Assembly (NCBI GenBank): GCA_043799545.1 | Contig: JAZDNO010000030.1 | Location: forward strand, 1-64,000 | Direction of reading: 5' to 3' | Length of the DNA: 64,000 bases | Source: Methanobacteriota archaeon | Lineage (GTDB): Archaea > Thermoplasmatota > Thermoplasmata > SG8-5 > DAIRED01 | Shown here: positions 16,975 through 26,414 of the stretch, piece by piece | Numbering within the stretch: position 1 is the first letter of the stretch | How the letters are laid out: each line of letters opens with the position of its first letter | Position numbers and translations under genes: made by a program | Notes under the pieces: generated by a model | Seen by the model: the letters and a program-made list of their open reading frames with translations, nothing else | The model's database searches: none | Told to the model about the DNA's origin: nothing

Positions 16975-18855
16975 TTGGCAGGCAAGGTGAAAGCCAACAA
17001 CCTGGCGGGCGGGAAACCGTTCGCCAGGAAACCCGATTATGTCGAGAAGGCGATAGTCCTAGCCCTGTTCATAGCCGCCAGCGTGGCGCTGGTCGCCAGC
17101 GCGGCGATAATATACACGCTGGCCGAGGGCTCGTACGATTTCTTCATGGACCCGCGCGTGGATTCGCTCGAATTTTTCATAGGGAGCCAGTGGACGCCAA
17201 ACGGGGGCGAGCCTCGGTTCGGCATCCTGCCGCTCCTCTCTGGCACGATACTGGTGGCAGGTGGCGCGCTTCTGATAAGCGCCCCGCTGGGCGTGGGGGC
17301 CGCGATATACCTCGCTGAGTTCGCAGGCCCGAGAATTAGGTCTGTCGCTAAGCCAGTCATCGAGCTGCTGGCGGGCATTCCGTCGATAGTATACGGGTTC
17401 TTCGCACTGCTGGTCGTGAGCCCTTTCTTCCAGGATTACTTCGGGGCCAGCTACTTCAACGCGGCGAGCGCGATAGTCGTGATGGCGATAATGGTCCTGC
17501 CGATAATCGTCAGCATCTCGGACGATGCGATGAAAGCCATCCCGAGGAGCATGCGGGAGGCGAGCCTCTCGATGGGAGCCACCAGGTGGGAGACGGCGAC
17601 GCGCGTGGTGATACCCGCAGCATCAAGCGGCATAATGGCCTCGATCCTGCTGGGTCTCGCGAGGGCGATTGGGGAGACGATGATTGTCGTCCTCGCCGCT
17701 GGCAGCGTCGCACAACTCTCCTTCAACCCGCTAGGCGAGACCCAGACAATGACCTCGTACATCGCGCAGGTGGCGACGGGGGACATACCGCCTGGCGTGG
17801 CCGTGAGCGCGGCATTCGCTGTCGGTCTGCTTCTATTCGCGCTGACATACACAGTCAACGCCGCAGCGTCGATGGTCGTGGACAGGATACGCAGGGGCTC
17901 CGCGCCCCGGCACTCGCAAGGAAGGCTGGCGCGGCTCCGTCGATTCCTCATGGCGGGGCTCTCAAGACTCGACCCGAGAAAGGGCAAGGTCGTCGACAGG
18001 GTGCGACTGCTGAGATCGAGGCACCGGAAAGCGAAGCTCGGCGCATATTCGATGGCCATCTGCCTTCTTTTCGCCGGCATATTCCTCATATACCTCGTTG
18101 GATCCATAATCGCCGACGGAGCGGGCGTGATTGACTGGCAGTTCCTCTCCCACTATCCGAGCTACGCCCCCGAGCGCGCAGGAATCAATCCGGTGATACT
18201 CGGCTCGATCTATCTGGTCGGGCTGACCATGCTCTTCGCAGTCCCGCTGGGCGTCGGGGCGGCGACGTATCTGAACGAGTTCGCCAGGGACACGCGGCTG
18301 ACCCGTTTCCTTCGCAGGGCGATACAAAACCTCGCCGGCGTGCCCTCGATTGTGTTTGGCCTCGTCGGCCTCATGATATTTTCGAGGCTCTTTGATTTCG
18401 GCCCGAGCCTGCTGGCCGGAGCGCTGACGTTGGCGATGATGTCTCTGCCCGTGATAGTTGTGACGACTGAAGAGGCCCTCCGCGGCGTGCCGCAAGGGTT
18501 CCGGGAGGCGGCGCGCGGCCTCGGGGCCACGAAGTGGCAGACAGTACGGCACCATGTCCTCCCAAACGCCGTACCGGGGATACTCACGGGCACGATACTC
18601 TCGCTTTCGAGGGCGATAGGGGAGACCGCCCCAATCCTATTCATCGGGGCGGTGTTCGCAAAGACGGCTCCAGCAGGCATCATGGATGGCTTCTTGGCAC
18701 TTCCCATGACAATTTTCTATTGGACGAGGCACCCAAGCGCCGAGTTTCATGACCTCGCCGCCGGGACCATCGTGGTACTTCTCATCATATTGCTCTCGAT
18801 GAACGTGTTCGCAATATACATACGCCATCGGGCGCAATCTAGGAGGGATTGGTAG
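16975..18855 (+). CDS. pstCA: Fused phosphate ABC transporter permease PstC-PstA
   Basis: One 626-aa ORF with two permease modules (LAGIPSIVYG...REASLSMGATRWE; LAGVPSIVFG...REAARGLGATKWQ). Confidence 0.92.
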   Translation: MAGKVKANNLAGGKPFARKPDYVEKAIVLALFIAASVALVASAAIIYTLAEGSYDFFMDPRVDSLEFFIGSQWTPNGGEPRFGILPLLSGTILVAGGALLISAPLGVGAAIYLAEFAGPRIRSVAKPVIELLAGIPSIVYGFFALLVVSPFFQDYFGASYFNAASAIVVMAIMVLPIIVSISDDAMKAIPRSMREASLSMGATRWETATRVVIPAASSGIMASILLGLARAIGETMIVVLAAGSVAQLSFNPLGETQTMTSYIAQVATGDIPPGVAVSAAFAVGLLLFALTYTVNAAASMVVDRIRRGSAPRHSQGRLARLRRFLMAGLSRLDPRKGKVVDRVRLLRSRHRKAKLGAYSMAICLLFAGIFLIYLVGSIIADGAGVIDWQFLSHYPSYAPERAGINPVILGSIYLVGLTMLFAVPLGVGAATYLNEFARDTRLTRFLRRAIQNLAGVPSIVFGLVGLMIFSRLFDFGPSLLAGALTLAMMSLPVIVVTTEEALRGVPQGFREAARGLGATKWQTVRHHVLPNAVPGILTGTILSLSRAIGETAPILFIGAVFAKTAPAGIMDGFLALPMTIFYWTRHPSAEFHDLAAGTIVVLLIILLSMNVFAIYIRHRAQSRRDW

Positions 18856-19716
18856 ATGTTCGCAAGCTTGAGGAAAGCGGTTGCCTCGGAATCCGAAATA
18901 GAGATGCCAGGGAACCAACATGTGGGCGCGCCGAAAGGGGCGTGCGAATCGGGGCAGCCAGTCGAGGGGGGGATATCTATTTGCTCGCTGAGCGTGAGCT
19001 ACGGCAGCAACGAGGCGGTCAAGGACGTCTCGATGACCATACCTCACAAGGCAGTCACGGCATTCATCGGGCCGAGCGGTTGCGGCAAGAGCACGCTGCT
19101 TCGAGCAATCAACCGCATGAACGACGAGATAGAAGGGTGCACGACCACAGGTAAGCTTTTCTGGAATGGGACGAACATCCTGGACCATTCGGTCGACCCC
19201 GTGGCTCTGCGCTCAAAGGTCGGCATGGTCTTCCAGAAACCAAACCCGTTCCCGAAGTCGATATTCGACAACGTCGCTTACGGCCCCAGGATACATGGCG
19301 TCACGGACAAGTCAGAGCTGGAGCGAATCGTTGAGAAGAGCATCAAGGATGCGGCGCTCTGGGACGAGGTGAAGGACAGACTCGGGGATTCCGCAATGTC
19401 ATTGTCCGGAGGCCAGCAGCAGAGACTATGTATCGCACGCGCACTCGCGGTCGACCCCGAGGTCATCCTTATGGATGAGCCATGCTCCGCCCTCGACCCG
19501 ATTGCCACATCGAAAATCGAGGACCTCATCGAGGAGCTGAAGAAAACGTACACTGTGGTGATAGTCACTCACAACATGCAGCAGGCTGCGCGCGTGAGCG
19601 ATTTCACGGGATTCATGTACCTTGGAAAGCTCATCGAGTTCGGGGCGACGACTCAGATGTTCGAGAGCCCGAAGGAGGAGCTCACCAGCAGGTACATCAC
19701 AGGGAGGTTTGGTTGA
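18856..19716 (+). CDS. pstB: Phosphate ABC transporter ATP-binding protein
   Basis: [36 protein letters not shown]. Confidence 0.97.
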   Translation: MFASLRKAVASESEIEMPGNQHVGAPKGACESGQPVEGGISICSLSVSYGSNEAVKDVSMTIPHKAVTAFIGPSGCGKSTLLRAINRMNDEIEGCTTTGKLFWNGTNILDHSVDPVALRSKVGMVFQKPNPFPKSIFDNVAYGPRIHGVTDKSELERIVEKSIKDAALWDEVKDRLGDSAMSLSGGQQQRLCIARALAVDPEVILMDEPCSALDPIATSKIEDLIEELKKTYTVVIVTHNMQQAARVSDFTGFMYLGKLIEFGATTQMFESPKEELTSRYITGRFG

Positions 19717-20367
19717 ATGAGCGAGAAGTTCCACGCGGAGCTGGACGAGCTGAAGAAGGACGTCCTGACCATGGGGCGCCTGGCGAACGATATGCTGTGG
19801 AAGTCCATCGAGGCTCTGAAGGACCGAGACACGAGGAAGGCCGAATGGGTCGTTTCCAAGAGGAAGGAACTCTCGGAGCTGGACGACCGAATCGAGGAAT
19901 CCTCGCTGCGCCTCATCGCCCTCTACCAGCCAATGGCCGAGGACATGAGGACAATCGCCACGTCGCTGAAGATGAACACGTACCTTGCCCGGGTCGGGCG
20001 CTACGGCAAGGACATCGCCAAGGTCGCCATCGAGCTTGCGGACCAGCCTTCCATGGCCAAGCTCGTCAGCATCCCGTTCCAGGCCAAGACAGTGTGCGGC
20101 ATGGTAGACGACGCGCTGACTGCATTCGAGACCGGCGATCTGGCGAAGATAACAGACATGGCGGAGAGGGACAGCACAGTCGACGCTCTGAGATATTCAA
20201 TCTTCCGCGAGTGCCTCTCCTACATGATGGAGGACCCGAAGAACATCACGCGGTGCTCCCACTACACGATGATTGCCAGGTATCTCGAGCGCTGCGGCGA
20301 CCACGCCTGCAAGATGGCGGAGAAGATACACTACATGGTCACGGGCGAAAGGATAGAGATAAAGTAG
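19717..20367 (+). CDS. phoU: Phosphate signaling complex protein PhoU
   Basis: LIALYQPMAEDMR, YLERCGDHA; follows pstB. Confidence 0.95.
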   Translation: MSEKFHAELDELKKDVLTMGRLANDMLWKSIEALKDRDTRKAEWVVSKRKELSELDDRIEESSLRLIALYQPMAEDMRTIATSLKMNTYLARVGRYGKDIAKVAIELADQPSMAKLVSIPFQAKTVCGMVDDALTAFETGDLAKITDMAERDSTVDALRYSIFRECLSYMMEDPKNITRCSHYTMIARYLERCGDHACKMAEKIHYMVTGERIEIK

Positions 20368-20376
20368 GCCGCGCTC

Positions 20377-20793
20377 ATGTCTGCCTCCATGAAAAAGCGA
20401 GTCCTGTTCCTATGCACCCACAATTCAGCCCGCTCGCAGATGGCCGAGGGGCTCTTGAAATTCTACAAAGGTGGCAGCTACGACGCCCACAGCGCGGGGA
20501 CGGAGCCAACAATTGTGCATCCGCTGGCAATCGAGGCCATGCGCGAGAAGGGCATAGATATCTCAAGCAGCCGTTCCAAATCCCTGCACGAATTCGACGG
20601 CATGGAATTCGACCTCGCCGTTACGCTGTGCGATGCGGCGGGAAAGGTCTGCCCGTTCTTCCCCGGCGCGAAGGAGATGGCGCACAGGGGTTTTGACGAC
20701 CCGGCCGCCGTCGAAGGGAACGAAGAAGCCAGGCTGGAAGCCTTCAGGCGCGTGCGCGACGAGATTCTCGATTGGCTGCTGGCAAGCTTGTAA
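20377..20793 (+). CDS. arsC: Arsenate reductase ArsC (LMW-PTP family)
   Basis: CTHNSARSQMAE P-loop, TLCD..CP, FDDPA. Confidence 0.92.
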   Translation: MSASMKKRVLFLCTHNSARSQMAEGLLKFYKGGSYDAHSAGTEPTIVHPLAIEAMREKGIDISSSRSKSLHEFDGMEFDLAVTLCDAAGKVCPFFPGAKEMAHRGFDDPAAVEGNEEARLEAFRRVRDEILDWLLASL

Positions 20794-20869
20794 TCAAGCG
20801 ATATTGGGCAGATTGGCTCCAAAACGGAAAGCTTCATATCCGCAGGACTGAATTGGGGTACGAGGGATT

Positions 20870-21109
20870 GTGGTCCGGTTGAACGTCGACGCGAAACTGG
20901 CCGATTACATGAAGCCCCTGTTCGGGGAGATGGCCGAGAGGACGGTCCAGCTCCACAAGGAGCGCCTGGGACTCAGGGGCGAGCTGAGCAGGGACAACTA
21001 CATTTCCATAGTCAAATCAATCTCCTCGCTGTGCCGTACGATGGCAGGGGAGGCGATGGCGCGCAGGATGGAAGAGGGCCTGACGCGGATAGTCGAGCAG
21101 GCGGGCTGA
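20870..21109 (+). CDS. Small helical hypothetical protein, first gene of the KaiC-like operon
   Basis: 79 aa, GTG start; ends 3 nt before the next gene with a GGAGG-like GAGGGG between them. Confidence 0.6.
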   Translation: MVRLNVDAKLADYMKPLFGEMAERTVQLHKERLGLRGELSRDNYISIVKSISSLCRTMAGEAMARRMEEGLTRIVEQAG

Positions 21110-21112
21110 GGG

Positions 21113-22399
21113 GTGGACTTAATGGCCGACCAAGCGAACAAGGAAACCACGCTGAAGGAGTTCATGACGCTGCCGGGCGTTGGCGTCTCCAAGGCCAAGG
21201 CGCTCTACGACGGCGGGTTCGCCAGCCTGGAGCAGCTCTCGACCGCGAAATGCGAGGACATAGTCCGCTGCAAGGGGTTCAACGAGAGGTCGGCGGTGGA
21301 GCTGCTGCGCCACCTGAATCTGGACGGGGCGGCAAAACCGAAGGCATCGAAGGAGGAGGCGCTGGTCCAGTCCGGCCTGTCGTTGTACGGTGAGGGGAAG
21401 TGGGGCCAGGCGCTGCAGGAAATGGACAAGGTGCTGGCGGACAACCCGAAGAACGACCGGGCGCTTCTCATCAAGGGCGACATCTACTTCGAGCGCGAGC
21501 GCTTCGACAGGGCCGAGGACGCCTACAGGCAGCTGGTGGAGGTTGCGCAGGACTCGGATATGGCTCAGGTCAAGCTGGGCGATGCAATTTTAAAGCAGGG
21601 GCGGAAGGTCGAAGCCGAGGAGCAGTACTCCAAGGCGCTGAGGCTCAACCCGGAGAACCAGGACGCCCAGGACAGGCTCGAATCGCAACGGATAATGACA
21701 TATGTGTCGGGGCTGGACGAAAGGATGGACGGCGGAATCCCATCCCGGTACGTAGTGCTTGTGGCGGGGCGGGCTGGCTCCATGAAATCGTCGTTGGTGT
21801 TCAACATCCTCTACAACCATGCCAGGCACGAGCGGAGAAAGTCCCTGTACATCACCCTGGAGCAGGGGAGGAAGAGCCTGATACGGCACATGTCTAAGCT
21901 CGGCTTCGACGTGGCAGGTACGAAGAACCTGGTAATCAACGACATAGAGGACTTGGTCGTCGTCGACATGGCAAGGCTCCGGAAGGAAGCGACCCTCGCC
22001 CCTCCGACAGGCGTGGACTGGATAAACTCCCTTCTCACCCAGATCAAAAAGTACAAGGAGGCGTTCGGCTGCGACCTGCTGGCGATAGACTCCCTGTCGG
22101 CGATATACTCGCTGTCCGAATTCAAGAACCCGCGCGCGGAGCTGTTCATGTTCTTCGAGAGGCTGCGGGACCTGGGGGTCACGGTCTTCCTCATCACGGA
22201 GATGCCGGACAAGGAGGTCTTCGGCCAGTACGGCGTGGAGGAGTTCCTCGCGGACGGCATCGTGCACCTGAAGACTGAGAAGTACGGCAACAAGGCCAAC
22301 CTCTTCCTGGGCGTGGTGAAGATGCGCGAGACGAAGCACGACAGGGACTATTTCCCCCTCATCGTGGAGAAGGGGAACTTCGAGATTGTGGCCGATTGA
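21113..22399 (+). CDS. Helix-hairpin-helix + TPR + KaiC/RAD55-like ATPase fusion
   Basis: LPGVGVSKAKALYDGGF HhH, TPR helices, then YVSGLDERMDGGIP, P-loop GRAGSMKS, AIDSL, LADGIVHL, VVKMRET. Confidence 0.88.
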   Translation: MDLMADQANKETTLKEFMTLPGVGVSKAKALYDGGFASLEQLSTAKCEDIVRCKGFNERSAVELLRHLNLDGAAKPKASKEEALVQSGLSLYGEGKWGQALQEMDKVLADNPKNDRALLIKGDIYFERERFDRAEDAYRQLVEVAQDSDMAQVKLGDAILKQGRKVEAEEQYSKALRLNPENQDAQDRLESQRIMTYVSGLDERMDGGIPSRYVVLVAGRAGSMKSSLVFNILYNHARHERRKSLYITLEQGRKSLIRHMSKLGFDVAGTKNLVINDIEDLVVVDMARLRKEATLAPPTGVDWINSLLTQIKKYKEAFGCDLLAIDSLSAIYSLSEFKNPRAELFMFFERLRDLGVTVFLITEMPDKEVFGQYGVEEFLADGIVHLKTEKYGNKANLFLGVVKMRETKHDRDYFPLIVEKGNFEIVAD

Positions 22400-22431
22400 C
22401 GGAAATCTCGTTCGAGATAGTGGCTGATTAA
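22379..22431 (+). repeat. 21-nt direct repeat of the KaiC gene 3' end (FEIVAD-stop)
   Basis: ttcgagattgtggccgattga (22379-22399) vs ttcgagatagtggctgattaa (22411-22431): 18/21 identical, all differences synonymous. Confidence 0.8.
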
Positions 22432-22541
22432 TGATATTTCGTTCAAGATGCTACCACACTTGCTGGAGTGATTTCACCTCAAAATTCCCCCGGCGATATA
22501 GATTTATATGCGTAAGCGATTCAGCGCATCGAGGGACTCTC

Positions 22542-23225
22542 ATGAAGGAGCGCATCAAGACCCACGTCGTCGGGCTCGACAATCGCATGAGCGGCGGAAT
22601 ACCGAAGGGGCACATCGTCCTGGTGAGCGGGATGCCTGGCACCATGAAGTCGTCGGTCACCTACAACATACTTTTCAACAACGCCAAGCTGGGAATCAAG
22701 GGGATGTACATCTCCCTGGAGCAGGCGCGCGACAGCATCATCGAGCACATGACCGGCCTCGGGATGAACCACGAGGACGTCAAGGACCAGGTCAACATAG
22801 TGGACCTCGGTTTCCTGAGGAAGAGCATGGACCTGGGCACCGACCAGAGCTGGATAGACATCTTCAAGATGTACGCAGAGAACCTGAAGAAGGCGCCGGG
22901 CTACGAGATTCTCGTCATCGACTCGCTGCCGGTCATAGAGATGCTGGCCGGGGTCAAGAACCGCAGGCTCGAGCTTTTCGAGCTTTTCGAATGGCTCCGC
23001 GGCCTTGGCGTGACGACAATAATCATCGCGGAAGCGACTTCCGAAATCACCCAGGTCCGGGACGAGGACTTCCTCGCCGACGGGGTCATACACCTGCGCA
23101 CAGAGAAGGTGGGCACGAAGTCAAACCTGCACATGGGCGTCTTCAAGATGCGCGAGACGAAGCACGACAGGGACTACTTCCCGCTGATTGTGGAGAACGG
23201 CACGTTCGAGATTATAGCCGATTGA
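22542..23225 (+). CDS. RAD55/KaiC-like single-domain ATPase
   Basis: MKERIKTHVVGLDNRMSGGIPKG, GMPGTMKSS, VIDSL, FKMRETKH; start follows a GAGGG RBS. Confidence 0.9.
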   Translation: MKERIKTHVVGLDNRMSGGIPKGHIVLVSGMPGTMKSSVTYNILFNNAKLGIKGMYISLEQARDSIIEHMTGLGMNHEDVKDQVNIVDLGFLRKSMDLGTDQSWIDIFKMYAENLKKAPGYEILVIDSLPVIEMLAGVKNRRLELFELFEWLRGLGVTTIIIAEATSEITQVRDEDFLADGVIHLRTEKVGTKSNLHMGVFKMRETKHDRDYFPLIVENGTFEIIAD

Positions 23226-23256
23226 GCGATTCTCGCTTGAACAAGGCGTACCCGCC

Positions 23257-25623
23257 TCAGAGAGCCCGCTCGTCGAAGTGCCCGCGCGTGAGCTTCTTTG
23301 ATGACAGCGCCTTGACGGCAAGGACATCCGAATCGGGTATCCCCCTGCCATCTTGGATGGCCGCAAGCATCTTTCTGTAGAGCTTCGCAATCTCTTCGGC
23401 TTGGGGAGGCTCCATGAGCTGCAGGTTCAGGACGAGGCCACCGACTCCCGTCGCGACGACCTCGCCCAGCATGTCGGCCATGCAGGTCTCGGCAGAATTG
23501 TAGACGTGACTCCGGCATTCTGCGTCGACCACCACGGGGAATTCGTATCCCTTGAGGTCTGTCACCGAGAATCGCCGGCGCTCCGTGGAATCGCCCCTGC
23601 AATTCAAGCCATGGCCACAATCCTCGCAGCCTCCTTCCGAGCCAAGGATGCAATCTTCCGTCACCATGACCTCCTGGCGACCGTGGACGGAGACCCAGGT
23701 GTCGATTGCACTGGAAATGGCGCCCAGCTCGGCCGCGCTCGCCTCAGGCGAAGCCTCCACGGATTCGAATAGCGGTCGAACCGCTCTAGCAGTTTGCGAA
23801 TTGGCGATGTTGAGCGAGAACCCGCCGAAGGAAGCATTCTTGCCAAAGAAACGCCTAGCCCCGAGCGTATGGGCCATAAGCGGACCCTTGAAGCTTTTCA
23901 GCCTTTCCCCGGCCAGCCTGAAGAACCTGTTCGTCGTGATGCGGGGAAGCTCGATAACGACGCGGTCGTTCCCTTCGATGCCATCAAGGAATTCCATATC
24001 ACCGGAAAGCCCATAGAGATTGTCCAGGAGAACGAGGTCCGCGCCTGCATCGAGGAGCCCTTGCGCCGCGCGGGGATTCCTCGTCCTGGCTATGAGCTTC
24101 GGTGCAGGTTTTTCCGAACCTAATGACGGTTTATCGGCTCGGCGGGAGGTTATTCCAACGCCTGTTTTCTCACGCAAGAACGATTCGCTGATCTTTCCGA
24201 CCAAGGCTTCGACGACGGTCCGGCGAAGCTCCTTGATTGCTCCGACTGGCGCGAAGCTCCCGGGAGCGATTGAAACGTCCAGCTTGCTTAATTCGAAGGG
24301 GGTATCACCGAGCGCCCCGACGGCCTTACGCACGGCTTCCTCCGTCAGAGGGCGCTTCTCGGCCTTCACAGCCTCAGCGCCTTCAAGCTCGACGGAATAA
24401 TCTCCTGTGCGCACGGAGATGCGCATCGGTTTCCCGGCTGCAACTTCCAGACTCATTCCCATAGCGCGCCTTTTGCCTGGCCTCGCCGAGCGCGCGGCTT
24501 CGGCCAGCCTGGGCGAAGATGTGAGGAAGATGTCGTCTCCTGCCGTGGCCTTCGCATCAATTTTTAAGTCGAACAACCCGTCGACGGAATTCTCAATTGC
24601 GAGGACTATGCCTCCGGTGGAGCCGACCTTGAGCCCGTCACCGGGACCGACCTTCATCCCTTCGAGCACCCTCGCCCGCATCCACTGGCCTCCCGCCGAA
24701 ACGACCTTTCCGAGCCTCAGCCCGGCGTTGTTCTGCACCGAGTGGTTCGTCAGGTTTGCGTGCCTGGCGCCGAGCATGTACCCGCGCGTGAACTCCCTGT
24801 TGAACGCGAGCGCCAGCATCTTCGCCTGCTCGCCGTCGGGCATCTCGCCCGTGTCCAGCGCGCGCCTGTACGCGGCGGTCGCGAGGGCGACGTATTCTGG
24901 GGACCGCATCCTGCCCTCTATCTTCAACCCGCTTACGCCGGCCTTGACGATTTCATCCAGGCGTTGCAGGGTGTTGAGGTCGCGGGTGCTGAGAAGATAC
25001 GGGCCAGTGTTGCGAACTTCCTTGATTTCGTATTCCATCCTGCATGGTTGCGCGCAGCCACCCCTATTGCCGCTGCGCCCTCCGATGAAGGAGGACATGA
25101 GGCACTGGCCGGAGTAGGAATAGCAGAGCGCGCCGTGGACGAAGACCTCAGTTTCGATGGCGCTGGAAATCTCGGCGACGTCCGCGATGGGAAGCTCCCT
25201 CGCTAGTATCGCCCTGGTGAATCCCAGCTCCATCGCGGCGAGCGCCCCGTTGACATCGTGGACGCCCCACTGGGTCGAGGCGTGGAGCTCGATGTGGAAT
25301 GAATCGCGGGCGAGGGAAACGAGCCCCAAATCCTGAACGATTGCGGCGTCCGCGCCCCAGGAATAGATGTCGGCGAGAAAATCGAGCGCGTCGGGCAGCT
25401 CGTCGTCGAAGAGGAGCGTGTTCACGGTTACGTATGCCTTCGCCCCGGCAAGATGGACGTATCTCAGGGCCTCCTTCAGCTCGTCGTCTGAGAAGTTGGC
25501 CGCGCTGCGCCTGGCTCCGAACCTTTTCCCCGCGAGGTAGACGGCGTCCGCGCCAGCTTCGATGGCGGCGCGGAGCGACTCGGGCGAGCCGGCGGGGGAA
25601 AGAAGCTCGGGCTTATTCGACAT
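23257..25623 (-). CDS. U32 peptidase-family protein with DUF3656-like domain (RlhA-like, probable Fe-S RNA hydroxylase)
   Basis: PELLSPAG, HASTQ, LARE, HGALCYSYSGQC, NRGGCAQPCR, KIEGRMR; second degenerate U32-like domain at the C-terminus. Confidence 0.9.
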   Translation of the reverse strand: MSNKPELLSPAGSPESLRAAIEAGADAVYLAGKRFGARRSAANFSDDELKEALRYVHLAGAKAYVTVNTLLFDDELPDALDFLADIYSWGADAAIVQDLGLVSLARDSFHIELHASTQWGVHDVNGALAAMELGFTRAILARELPIADVAEISSAIETEVFVHGALCYSYSGQCLMSSFIGGRSGNRGGCAQPCRMEYEIKEVRNTGPYLLSTRDLNTLQRLDEIVKAGVSGLKIEGRMRSPEYVALATAAYRRALDTGEMPDGEQAKMLALAFNREFTRGYMLGARHANLTNHSVQNNAGLRLGKVVSAGGQWMRARVLEGMKVGPGDGLKVGSTGGIVLAIENSVDGLFDLKIDAKATAGDDIFLTSSPRLAEAARSARPGKRRAMGMSLEVAAGKPMRISVRTGDYSVELEGAEAVKAEKRPLTEEAVRKAVGALGDTPFELSKLDVSIAPGSFAPVGAIKELRRTVVEALVGKISESFLREKTGVGITSRRADKPSLGSEKPAPKLIARTRNPRAAQGLLDAGADLVLLDNLYGLSGDMEFLDGIEGNDRVVIELPRITTNRFFRLAGERLKSFKGPLMAHTLGARRFFGKNASFGGFSLNIANSQTARAVRPLFESVEASPEASAAELGAISSAIDTWVSVHGRQEVMVTEDCILGSEGGCEDCGHGLNCRGDSTERRRFSVTDLKGYEFPVVVDAECRSHVYNSAETCMADMLGEVVATGVGGLVLNLQLMEPPQAEEIAKLYRKMLAAIQDGRGIPDSDVLAVKALSSKKLTRGHFDERAL

Positions 25624-25780
25624 CTCTCCTCCTTGATGACGGTATCGTCAATTCCATGCCAGTCTGATTGCGCTGCCCCCATATATTTACTTCGACGTGC
25701 GATGAGTCTACGCCCACCCACCCGCCACTCCGCCCTCCATCCCAGGAAATTACATGTAATTGAAGCCTCCCGCAGGAGGT

Positions 25781-25877
25781 ACGGTCGAGGTGATCTGGTG
25801 AGGCCGAGGCTTTTGGGATACCATACACCTTTTCCCCGTAGGCCGAGCCAGAGAGCCGAGACAGGAAAAGGGGTTGT
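25781..25877 (+). repeat. Dispersed REP/MITE-like element, copy C
   Basis: ACGGTCGAG left end, CTTTTGGGATA, CCTTTTCC / GGAAAAGG arms around core GGCCGAGCCAGAGAGCCGAGAC, CAGGAAAAGGGGTTGT; abuts the dim2 stop codon. Confidence 0.8.
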
Positions 25878-26413
25878 TAAGACATCCCCCATTTCGCGAA
25901 CTTCAAATCCTTCCGCTTGTTCTCCAGGAAATGGTAGACCGCCGCATGCTCGCTCCCGTCCAACAACATCTCGACCGCTCTCCGCGCCACGTCGAGGGCC
26001 AGCAAATCTCCGATTATAGCGACAGTGTTGTAGAACACGGAGACTTCGACCTCTGCCAGCTCCTCGACGAGCTTGCGCGTGCGGCCTTCGGCGCCGATGA
26101 CGCGCGCTCTGACCCGCTGCACATCCTTGAGGTCCTTTCCCGCAAAGTCCCGGATGTCGTAGGCGAAGAAGTAGTAGTCGTTGTCGAACAGCTTGAACGC
26201 CTTCTCCGGAGAGAAACCGGCCGCTATCGCAGAGACGACATCCCTGGCATCCAGCTGCAACTCCGGGTGCTCCCCGTCGGTGATGGTGACGTCCCCGGTT
26301 TTCGATTCGATAAGCAACCTGCAGCCGCTCCTTTCCTCAATCTGTTTCTTCACGGAGCCTTCGGGGCCTATGAGCGCGCCCAGCCTTTCTGGTTCAACCC
26401 TTACGTACATCAT
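25877..26413 (-). CDS. dim2: KH-domain rRNA processing protein (Dim2/Pno1/Krr1 family)
   Basis: GALIGPEG and ARVIGAEGRTR KH motifs, GSEHAAVYHFLE; GGTGA RBS before ATG 26413. Confidence 0.93.
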   Translation of the reverse strand: MMYVRVEPERLGALIGPEGSVKKQIEERSGCRLLIESKTGDVTITDGEHPELQLDARDVVSAIAAGFSPEKAFKLFDNDYYFFAYDIRDFAGKDLKDVQRVRARVIGAEGRTRKLVEELAEVEVSVFYNTVAIIGDLLALDVARRAVEMLLDGSEHAAVYHFLENKRKDLKFAKWGMS

Positions 26414-26414
26414 C

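Noticed and set aside
25631-25665. UUGAUGA...CUGA on the plus strand upstream of the U32 gene, resembling a C/D sRNA
   Set aside because: Only ~24 nt between the boxes, no D'/C' pair, and it overlaps the RBS region of the opposite-strand gene.
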